Origin: a virus
Lineage: Duplodnaviria > Heunggongvirae > Uroviricota > Caudoviricetes
Length of the DNA: 18,073 nt
IMG/VR virus record: IMGVR_UViG_2690316325_000011
Location: 1-18,073 of that record
Direction: 5' to 3' (one strand)
The position numbers and the translations under genes are program-made. This document shows positions 11,653 through 18,053 of this stretch, one piece after another; within the stretch, counting starts at the first letter, position 1; the number at the start of each line of letters is the position of its first letter. The notes under the pieces were generated by a model, which saw only the letters and a list, made by a program, of their open reading frames with translations, was not told the origin of the DNA and did not search any database.

Positions 11653-12264
11653 TTAATTTCCTGCTTTCAGTTGCTTAAGACGGCGTTTGAGTTCGCCATT
11701 TCGGGCCTTTTCGTTATTGAGTCGGCCTGTCTCCTTATCCAGCTTCGCCCGCAAATCAGTGATCTGCTGTTGATTGAAAGACACCGAGTTCTGCGCTGAT
11801 TTATAAGCGGCAACCACCTGAGCATTCCGCTGTTTTGCCTCTTGCAGGCGCTGAAAGTTGGATTTTACTGCCGGTTTCTTGTCTACCGGATTGGCAACAC
11901 GTTTCGCTTTGGCGATCAGTGATTTCTGGAATTTTGCGGAGTTTTTGCGGGCCGCTTGCCCCATGACGGTACCAAGCGTCTTGATATCCGGCGATTGAGC
12001 GTTAGGAATAGCTTTTCCATTCAGCCTCACAGACGATATATCGCCAGTATCGTTTACCTGTATGGCAAGAATTTGTCCGTCGTTAAGAACCAGCTTTGCG
12101 GTTTTAACTTTAACGCCATCTTTCGTTGTTGCGCGGTTGCTGGAGTCAACCTCAATTACCGTAACACCGGTTTTATTGATCGCCGCGATAAGGGATTTCA
12201 GCCCCTTTTCATTAACCTGGTCAAAATCGACCGTTGCATACTTATTTTTCGTCATCTGACACAT
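11653..12264 (-). CDS. hdf: Hdf-like protein (homolog of a DarA fragment)
   Basis: 203 aa with motif DGQILAIQV...GQAARKNSAKFQKSLIAKAK, shared with the DarA-like protein (KNSAKFQ core). Its stop abuts the DarA-like start (TAACATGG). Confidence 0.55.
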   Translation of the reverse strand: MCQMTKNKYATVDFDQVNEKGLKSLIAAINKTGVTVIEVDSSNRATTKDGVKVKTAKLVLNDGQILAIQVNDTGDISSVRLNGKAIPNAQSPDIKTLGTVMGQAARKNSAKFQKSLIAKAKRVANPVDKKPAVKSNFQRLQEAKQRNAQVVAAYKSAQNSVSFNQQQITDLRAKLDKETGRLNNEKARNGELKRRLKQLKAGN

Positions 12265-12685
12265 CCTGTGCGAGATTTATTACGTAACTTCTGCGGATTT
12301 GCTGAGTAACAGGGAAAATCCGATACAACGGGTTAATGAACGAGTCGCCATGCGTAACCATGACGTTGAAATGCCACAGTCGCTCTCCTTTACCCATATA
12401 TTCAGTGGGTATGTACAACCATTCACTGTTTTCGCCCTGTTCAGCCGACGTCAAACAACGTTGTTCGCCTTCAATCACTGTCGTCGGCTTCTGAACATCG
12501 CGGATCCAATATCTGACCGTTGCGCCGCGCAAAAACGGGAATTTAGACCGGTATTTGAACGGCACCCGGATGAAACCCGGTTTAATTTCCACATCACCAA
12601 GTTCTAAATGCGTGATGTCCTTGCGTTTTAGCAAATAGCGATCGGCTAAGGCTAACGCAAGAACGCATACACCCCAGCCAATCAT
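12242..12685 (-). CDS. lydB: LydB-like putative antiholin / lysis regulator
   Basis: 147 aa with one N-terminal hydrophobic segment (MIGWGVCVLALALA). Start overlaps the holin-like gene stop (ATGA). Position matches lydA-lydB order in P1. Confidence 0.45.
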   Translation of the reverse strand: MIGWGVCVLALALADRYLLKRKDITHLELGDVEIKPGFIRVPFKYRSKFPFLRGATVRYWIRDVQKPTTVIEGEQRCLTSAEQGENSEWLYIPTEYMGKGERLWHFNVMVTHGDSFINPLYRIFPVTQQIRRSYVINLAQDVSDDEK

Positions 12686-13011
12686 TTCCCGCCTCCCTTT
12701 TTCACCAAACTTGTAAGAACATTCAGAATGCTATCGATATTCACTCGTTTCATCCCTGAAATCACCTCATGACCGTTATTGCTGGCTATCGTTACCATTA
12801 AGTACGTAATTGATAACTCCCAGCCCTCGTGTTGCCCCAATAGGTACGCCACCGCGCCAGCTGTCACTGCAACAAAGATCTCCGTAACCAATCCCAACAA
12901 ATTGCCAGACTGGCGACCGTCTCGGACATCCATCAGGAACGTGCCTATCCCACCAATTACTGAAAGCAGGAGCGCAATAGCAACTGGAGCTAATTCCTGT
13001 GTGTCAAGCAC
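12682..13011 (-). CDS. lydA: LydA-like holin
   Basis: 109 aa; GTG start with AGGAGGG SD. Two to three predicted transmembrane segments (LAPVAIALLLSVIGGIGTFLM, IFVAVTAGAVAYLLG) and charged C-terminus (KKGGGK). Confidence 0.5.
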   Translation of the reverse strand: MLDTQELAPVAIALLLSVIGGIGTFLMDVRDGRQSGNLLGLVTEIFVAVTAGAVAYLLGQHEGWELSITYLMVTIASNNGHEVISGMKRVNIDSILNVLTSLVKKGGGK

Positions 13012-13085
13012 AAGTTCCCTCCTACGTTGTCAGGAGGTAATGGTATGCAAAGTAACTTCTCAACCGGTTATGTTGCATAAGAGAC

Positions 13086-13349
13086 TTACCTATTCAACCG
13101 ACTTTTGGAACCTTCAATAATAAGCCTGCTATTGGCGCTGAAAATAAGAACCATGCAGCTCTGAAGGCTTTCATTCATATCCTTATATTCCGCGAGATAC
13201 ATGCCAATAAAGCCAGCAAGTACGGCGGAAATACATTCGGCCAGCAATTTCTTGCATGAAGACTCGTAACGGTTTTCACATAGCCCACTCAAATACGAAT
13301 ACACCCCACCAAGAAGGGATAACATCACGATATGTACATAAAATGTCAT
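13086..13349 (-). CDS. Small two-segment membrane protein (holin-like), first gene of the minus-strand operon
   Basis: 87 aa; ATG at 13349 with AGGT SD. Hydrophobic segments HIVMLSLLGGVYSYL and AVLAGFIGMYL. Confidence 0.45.
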   Translation of the reverse strand: MTFYVHIVMLSLLGGVYSYLSGLCENRYESSCKKLLAECISAVLAGFIGMYLAEYKDMNESLQSCMVLIFSANSRLIIEGSKSRLNR

Positions 13350-13476
13350 TTTTTACCTATACAACAGTAAGTTGAACAACATCTGAGAACGGTATGCACT
13401 TTGTGATTTCCACACACACTGGTTTTGTTAATTAAAACCTGTAGCTTGCAATAAATAACGATAGTGGGCAGAAAAT

Positions 13477-13662
13477 ATGCTAATAGGCTATGTACGCATA
13501 TAGACAAATGAACAAAACACAGCTATGCAGTGAAAAGCACTTGAAAGCGCAGGATGTGAGCTAATTTTTGCGAATAAGGCGAGCAGCAAAAAGGCTGGGC
13601 ACCTTGGGTTAAAAAAGGTTCTGCGTATGCTTTCCAGAGGTGATACCCTAGTCTCGGGCTAG
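13477..13662 (+). pseudogene. Decayed 5' fragment of a Cin-like DNA invertase gene, convergent with the intact invertase
   Basis: Reads MLIGYVRI*TNEQNTAMQ*KALESAGCELIFANKASSKKAGHLGLKKVLRMLSRGDTLV with in-frame stops at 13501 and about 13531, then loses frame after about 13656. It matches the Gin/Cin N-terminus and differs from the neighbouring intact invertase (NEQNTA versus NDQNTD). Right boundary approximate. Confidence 0.6.
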
Positions 13663-13784
13663 GGACAACATTTCGAGGACAGTTTTCATTAGCGGTCAGC
13701 AGGCGCTAGATACATCGAATTGATGTGCCGCGCGATAAATGTACCTATTCTATCAAGATAAATTACACCGACGCGGCATTAGAA

Positions 13785-14357
13785 TTACAGCTCAGATTGA
13801 GTTTGGCGCTTCTCTACAGGATGATAACGATAAATCGTCGATACACCGATATCGTAAATAATTGCCAACTGTTTCCTGCTGTAGCCATTTTCGATCAACC
13901 TCGCTATTTGCTCATGTTGTTCTTTTGTCAACTTCGGGCGACGTCCGCCAATGCGTCCCTGTTCGCGTGCAGCTGCCAGTCCGGCCAGTGTTCTCTCAAC
14001 AATTAATTCACGTTCCATTTCTGCTAAAGCCCCCATGACGTGAAAAAAGAAACGCCCCATGGGTGTTGATGTGTCAATACTGTCTGTCAGACTACGGAAA
14101 TTAACACCTTTTTCCCGCAACTCCTCTATAAGCGTGATAAGGTGTTTCATACTTCTGCCAAGCCTATCCAGCTTCCAGACAACCAGCGTATCTCCTTCTG
14201 ATAACGTTCTGAGCAGCTTTTTCAAGCCTGGTCTGGCTGACTTTGTTCCGCTTATTTTATCTTCAAAAATCAGTTCACATCCTGCGCAGTTCAGTGCATT
14301 TCTTTGTAAATCTGTGTTTTGGTCATTTGTTGACACACGAATGTAGCCAATTTGCAT
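13785..14357 (-). CDS. Site-specific DNA invertase (Hin/Gin/Cin/Pin/Min family serine recombinase)
   Basis: 190 aa from ATG at 14357 (AAGAGG about 9 nt upstream; the track's 14366 start is a TTG). Catalytic N-terminus MQIGYIRVSTNDQNTDLQRNAL, core motifs GDTLVVWKLDRLGRS and SPMGRFFFHVMGALAEMERELIVERT, C-terminal HTH (GVSTIYRY). Adjacent to crossover sites. Confidence 0.93.
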   Translation of the reverse strand: MQIGYIRVSTNDQNTDLQRNALNCAGCELIFEDKISGTKSARPGLKKLLRTLSEGDTLVVWKLDRLGRSMKHLITLIEELREKGVNFRSLTDSIDTSTPMGRFFFHVMGALAEMERELIVERTLAGLAAAREQGRIGGRRPKLTKEQHEQIARLIENGYSRKQLAIIYDIGVSTIYRYHPVEKRQTQSEL

Positions 14358-14411
14358 GAAAAACAACCTCTTTGTTTAGTTAAAAATACATCGTTGGTAT
14401 AGGTAGGGATT

Positions 14412-14437
14412 AAGACTAAAACGTTGGTTTGGGGGAA
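14412..14437 (+). other. Crossover site 1 (26-bp Gin/Cin-type inversion site), in the invertase promoter region
   Basis: AAGACTAAAACG-TT-GGTTTGGGGGAA. The right half and TT core are conserved with the other sites; the left half is divergent. Lies 55 to 80 bp upstream of the invertase ATG. Confidence 0.7.
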
Positions 14438-14890
14438 GGCTCTGCACTGCCTGTTGGTGTGCCCGTTCCGTGGCCCTTAGAAACACCGCCAACGGGGTGG
14501 CTGAAATGTAACGGAGCAGCATTTTCTTCTGAAAAGTACCCAAATCTGGCAAAGGCTTACCCTACTAATAAATTGCCTGATTTACGCGGTGAATTTATTC
14601 GTGGCTGGGATGACGGACGTGGTGTGGATGCCGGGCGACAATTATTATCTTCACAGGGGGATGCAATAAGAAATATTGAGGGATTCGCAGATGGCGGGAT
14701 CGGTATGTCTTTTGATGCAATCAGAGGGGCTTTTTACGATGCAGGAACACGATCAGCGAGAATGCCGAATAACACAACTACTATAGACAAAACCGATGAC
14801 CTTGGATTCGACGCCTCTCGTGTCGTGCCAACAGCTAATGAAAACCGTCCTCGTAATATTGCCTTTAATTATATCGTAAGGGCGGCATAA
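14426..14890 (+). CDS. Promoterless tail-fibre C-terminal (receptor-binding tip) cassette A
   Basis: Coding frame begins at the first base right of the site-1 core, with no ATG or SD (track start is TTG). Conserved 5' module GEGSALPVGVPVPWP..TPPTGWLKCNGAAFSSEKYPNLAK.YPT.KLPDLRGEFIRGWDDGRG (tail-collar-like), variable middle, conserved end RPRNIAFNYIVRAA, stop TAA inside the left half of site 2. Confidence 0.8.
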   Translation, partial: GLGEGSALPVGVPVPWPLETPPTGWLKCNGAAFSSEKYPNLAKAYPTNKLPDLRGEFIRGWDDGRGVDAGRQLLSSQGDAIRNIEGFADGGIGMSFDAIRGAFYDAGTRSARMPNNTTTIDKTDDLGFDASRVVPTANENRPRNIAFNYIVRAA

Positions 14891-14909
14891 AAACGTTGGT
14901 TTGGGGGAA
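14884..14909 (+). other. Crossover site 2
   Basis: GGCATAAAAACG-TT-GGTTTGGGGGAA. The left half contains the cassette A stop codon. Confidence 0.75.
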
Positions 14910-15466
14910 GGCTCATCAGCTCAGTAGTGCCACTAACAGCACGTCTGAAGTGCTGGCCGCCACACCGAAAGCTGTCAAGGCTGCATATGACCTGGCTAAC
15001 GGGAAGTATACAGCCCAGGATGCAACCACGACACAAAAAGGGATAGTTCAGCTCAGTAGCGACACCAACAGCACTTCTGAAACATTAGCTGCAACGCCAA
15101 AAGCGGTTAAAGCTGCATACGATCTAGCAGCCGGAAAGGCACCATCCAGTCATACACATCCCTGGAATCAGATCACTGGTGTGCCAACAGCTTCATTGAC
15201 AGCGAAAGGCATCACTCAGCTCAGTAGTGCCACTAACAGCACGTCTGAAGTGCTGGCCGCTACACCGAAAGCTGTCAAGGCTGCATATGATTTGGCTAAT
15301 GGAAAGCAAGCGGCAGACGCTACGCTCACTGCTCTAGCGGCACTAGCTACCGCAGCAGATAAACTCCCTTATTTCACAGGGGTTGATCGTGCCGCGTTAA
15401 CTGCACTGACAAGTGTTGGACGTGCAATTCTTAGTAAGCCCAGTATTCAGAGCGTTCTTAATTACC
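14898..15466 (+). other. Captured fragment of a tail-fibre constant region carrying three tail-fibre repeat units
   Basis: Open frame encoding three copies of QLSS(A/D)TNSTSE(V/T)LAATPKAVKAAYDLA; nucleotide copies at 14917..14990 and 15217..15290 are identical except for one base. It ends ...LNYL at site 3. From site 2 in the cassette frame the reading is GLGEGSSAQ then stop (TAG 14925..14927), so it is not a functional cassette. Confidence 0.6.
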
Positions 15467-15480
15467 TTGGTTTAGGGGAA
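15455..15480 (+). other. Crossover site 3 (constant/variable junction type; most symmetric site)
   Basis: TTCTTAATTACC-TT-GGTTTAGGGGAA. Left half resembles Gin/Cin-family half-sites (TTC.T..A..ACC) and is coding (LNYL) with no stop, unlike sites 2, 4, 5 and 6. Confidence 0.7.
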
Positions 15481-15975
15481 GGCTCGGCGCTGCCCGTTGG
15501 TGTACCTGTTCCATGGCCCTCAGCCACACCACCAACGGGGTGGCTGAAATGTAACGGAGCAGCATTTTCTTCTGAAAAGTACCCAAATCTGGCAAAGGTT
15601 TACCCAACGTTAAAATTACCTGATTTACGCGGTGAGTTTATCCGTGGTTGGGATGATTCGAGAGGGATTGATACAGGGCGTTCATTGCTAAGTGGTCAGA
15701 CTGCAACATTTATTCGTACAGCTTTGCAGGATTATTACGGTGTCGATCTGACTACTAATGTCAAAGTAGGTATCGCTTATGCTACTGCTGATTCTGTTAT
15801 AACTGTTGGAAACCCTGCTAATCCTAAAGCAGGAGATAATAGCGATTATGTTCCAGCATCATCAGATAACTCCATAACAGGCACTCAAAGGACGGCAGAG
15901 GATAATTTTACCGGGGCATGGATATCAATGCGCCCCCGCAACGTTGCTTTTAATTACATCGTAAGGGCAGCATGA
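15469..15975 (+). CDS. Promoterless tail-fibre C-terminal cassette C (3' part of track ORF 14896..15975)
   Basis: Same conserved 5' module and RPRNVAFNYIVRAA end as the other cassettes; distinct variable middle; stop TGA inside the left half of site 4. Confidence 0.8.
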   Translation, partial: GLGEGSALPVGVPVPWPSATPPTGWLKCNGAAFSSEKYPNLAKVYPTLKLPDLRGEFIRGWDDSRGIDTGRSLLSGQTATFIRTALQDYYGVDLTTNVKVGIAYATADSVITVGNPANPKAGDNSDYVPASSDNSITGTQRTAEDNFTGAWISMRPRNVAFNYIVRAA

Positions 15976-15994
15976 AAACGTTGGTTTGGGGGAA
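15969..15994 (+). other. Crossover site 4
   Basis: AGCATGAAAACG-TT-GGTTTGGGGGAA. Confidence 0.75.
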
Positions 15995-16453
15995 GGCTCA
16001 GCATTGCCCGTTGGCGTGCCCGTTCCGTGGCCATCAGCCACACCTCCAACGGGGTGGCTGAAATGCAATGGTGCAGCATTTTCTTCTGAAAAGTACCCAA
16101 ATCTGGCAAAGGTTTACCCCACTAATAAATTGCCGGATCTACGGGGCGAATTTATTCGCGGCTGGGATGACGGGCGGGGGATTGACTCTGGCCGTAATTT
16201 ATTATCTGCACAGAATGATGCAATTCAGAATATTGTTGGTTCTTTCGGGCGTACTCAGCTTTTTAGAGATGTACTTAGTTCAGGGCCATTTAGTCAACAT
16301 GGTCAAGTATTATCTACAGGCCTAAAGGAAACGGAAATTATTGAGGGTTATGGCTCTTATAACTGGACATTCGACGCCTCTCGCTCAGTTCGTACAGCAT
16401 CTGAAACCCGCCCCCGTAATATTGCGTTTAATTATATCGTAAGGGCGGCATAA
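15983..16453 (+). CDS. Promoterless tail-fibre C-terminal cassette D
   Basis: Conserved 5' module, distinct variable middle, conserved RPRNIAFNYIVRAA end, stop TAA inside site 5. Confidence 0.8.
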   Translation, partial: GLGEGSALPVGVPVPWPSATPPTGWLKCNGAAFSSEKYPNLAKVYPTNKLPDLRGEFIRGWDDGRGIDSGRNLLSAQNDAIQNIVGSFGRTQLFRDVLSSGPFSQHGQVLSTGLKETEIIEGYGSYNWTFDASRSVRTASETRPRNIAFNYIVRAA

Positions 16454-16472
16454 AAACGTTGGTTTGGGAGAA
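16447..16472 (+). other. Crossover site 5
   Basis: GGCATAAAAACG-TT-GGTTTGGGAGAA. Confidence 0.75.
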
Positions 16473-16961
16473 GGCTCTGCATTACCTGTTGGTGTCCCTG
16501 TTCCGTGGCCTTCAGCCACTCCGCCAACAGGCTGGCTGAAATGCAACGGTGCAGCATTTTCTTCTGAAAAGTACCCAAATCTGGCAAAGGTTTACCCCAC
16601 TAATAAATTGCCGGATCTACGGGGCGAATTTATTCGCGGCTGGGATGACGGGCGGGGGATTGATCCAGGTCGCTCTATTTTAAGCGAGCAAGGATATGCA
16701 ACGGAGGATCATGCTCACGGATTACCGTCAAAATCAACCGTAGCAACTGACAGCTCAATTAATTTCTACTTTGACGAGGCATGGGCTACTAGTGGTAATA
16801 CGGGAGTTATCAGATGGGGGAACACAAGCGATGCAGGATTGCCAGCCCCTAATTATGGAACTTTTAAAACATATAAACAGTCCGTAGCTAATTTAGGTAC
16901 TGCTGGCTTAGAAACCCGCCCTCGTAATATTGCATTTAATTATATTGTGAGGGCGGATTAA
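16461..16961 (+). CDS. Promoterless tail-fibre C-terminal cassette E
   Basis: Conserved 5' module (near-identical to cassette D over roughly 120 bp), distinct variable middle containing EDHAHG, end RPRNIAFNYIVRAD. Stop lies 5 bp from the convergent tail-fibre assembly gene stop. Confidence 0.8.
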   Translation, partial: GLGEGSALPVGVPVPWPSATPPTGWLKCNGAAFSSEKYPNLAKVYPTNKLPDLRGEFIRGWDDGRGIDPGRSILSEQGYATEDHAHGLPSKSTVATDSSINFYFDEAWATSGNTGVIRWGNTSDAGLPAPNYGTFKTYKQSVANLGTAGLETRPRNIAFNYIVRAD

Positions 16962-16966
16962 TTATA

Positions 16967-17578
16967 TCAACTGGCTGTAGAAAGTTGTTTTTCAGGCCAG
17001 TTGAGATCTGGTGCCGTGGTTAAATCCATCGCGTTCAGCTCGTCTATATAATCTAGCACGGAGTTAAGCTGCGTGGTTTCTGCCTGCGTCAACTTCCGTC
17101 CAGCCCGTAATTTCAACTGAATCAGACTAATGGAATCCATCGCAGTATCAATCAATGACTGACGTTTTGTTTCTGCTGCCTCTACAGCTGCACTATGTTG
17201 AGCCTCAGTATCAACCACCCATTTCTCTCCATCCCATTTGTCGTATGGTGTTAGCGGGGCGATAGTGGTTGTATTTTCCGGATAGTCACCCAACACCGTG
17301 ATTTCTTCGGGATTCCCTGTGTCAATGCTATAGACAGTTTCGCCACGATGATCTGGCACATACTCCCATGAACTTAAATCCTCTGAACGGAGAATCGCAT
17401 AACCTGCTTTATGTGAGCCTGGAGCATCCAAACAAGAATGTGCCGGAATACCAACGCCAACAGCAAGATATTCAGTTGATGCAGAAATATATTCCCGATT
17501 ACCACCATCATAGTTATAAACGATAATGTTTCCTGCCTGTATGGCTATAAGTTCGCTATTTAATATCGCATTATCCAT
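16967..17578 (-). CDS. Tail-fibre assembly protein (Tfa/U-like chaperone)
   Basis: 203 aa; ATG overlaps the cassette F stop (TAATG), so it is translationally coupled. C-terminal region ...LDYIDELNAMDLTTAPDLNWPEKQ is typical of caudoviral tail-fibre assembly proteins as I recall. It is the only such gene in the window. Confidence 0.8.
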   Translation of the reverse strand: MDNAILNSELIAIQAGNIIVYNYDGGNREYISASTEYLAVGVGIPAHSCLDAPGSHKAGYAILRSEDLSSWEYVPDHRGETVYSIDTGNPEEITVLGDYPENTTTIAPLTPYDKWDGEKWVVDTEAQHSAAVEAAETKRQSLIDTAMDSISLIQLKLRAGRKLTQAETTQLNSVLDYIDELNAMDLTTAPDLNWPEKQLSTAS

Positions 17579-18039
17579 TATGCTGCTCTCACAATATAAT
17601 TGAAGGCAATGTTACGTGGGCGGGTTTCATTCCCCCCAGATAACTCCGTTCTGTATTGACTGGTAAATTTACCATTAATCGCTCCTTCTTGGACGGCGTT
17701 ATCTGTCGACAACAGGCTATCCCCCCCTCTGTCATTTGGCACCAATACCGTGTTATCCCACGCGTCCCATGACCGAATATTATGATAATGACTTCCTGTT
17801 AACCACCCCTGTATGCTTAAGATGACCCTTCCCGCATCCACACCTCGCCCATCATCCCAACCACGGATAAACTCACCGCGTAAATCAGGTAATTTTAACG
17901 TTGGGTAAACCTTTGCCAGATTTGGGTACTTTTCAGAAGAAAATGCTGCGCCATTGCATTTCAGCCACCCCGTTGGCGGTGTTTCTAAGGGCCACGGAAC
18001 GGGCACGCCAACGGGCAGTGCAGAGCCTTCCCCCAAACC
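17578..18039 (-). CDS. Tail-fibre C-terminal cassette F (minus-strand array, followed by the assembly gene)
   Basis: Begins at the core of the inverted site 6; conserved 5' module, distinct variable middle, conserved RPRNIAFNYIVRAA end. Its 5' module is a patchwork of A-like and C-like sequence. Confidence 0.8.
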   Translation of the reverse strand, partial: GLGEGSALPVGVPVPWPLETPPTGWLKCNGAAFSSEKYPNLAKVYPTLKLPDLRGEFIRGWDDGRGVDAGRVILSIQGWLTGSHYHNIRSWDAWDNTVLVPNDRGGDSLLSTDNAVQEGAINGKFTSQYRTELSGGNETRPRNIAFNYIVRAA

Positions 18040-18053
18040 AACGTTTTTATGCC
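18028..18053 (-). other. Crossover site 6, inverted relative to sites 1-5
   Basis: Reverse complement reads GGCATAAAAACG-TT-GGTTTGGGGGAA. Its left half contains the stop codon of a further minus-strand cassette. Confidence 0.75.

Noticed and set aside
14358-14366. ORF-track start at 14366 for the invertase (MFFMQ...)
   Set aside because: That is a TTG; the ATG at 14357 with an AAGAGG SD gives the canonical family N-terminus MQIGYIRVS.
14429-16961. The 'M' starts the ORF track gives the cassettes (14429, 14896, 15986, 16464, 18036), which suggest independent genes
   Set aside because: All are TTG codons inside the conserved crossover-site half (GGT TTG GGG) with no SD. The cassettes are promoterless 3' modules that need fusion to a constant region.
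14412-18053. Repeated roughly 26-bp elements with intervening unique sequence, superficially CRISPR-like
   Set aside because: Spacing is 470 to 600 bp, the intervening DNA is coding, and the repeats have the dyad structure of invertase crossover sites.
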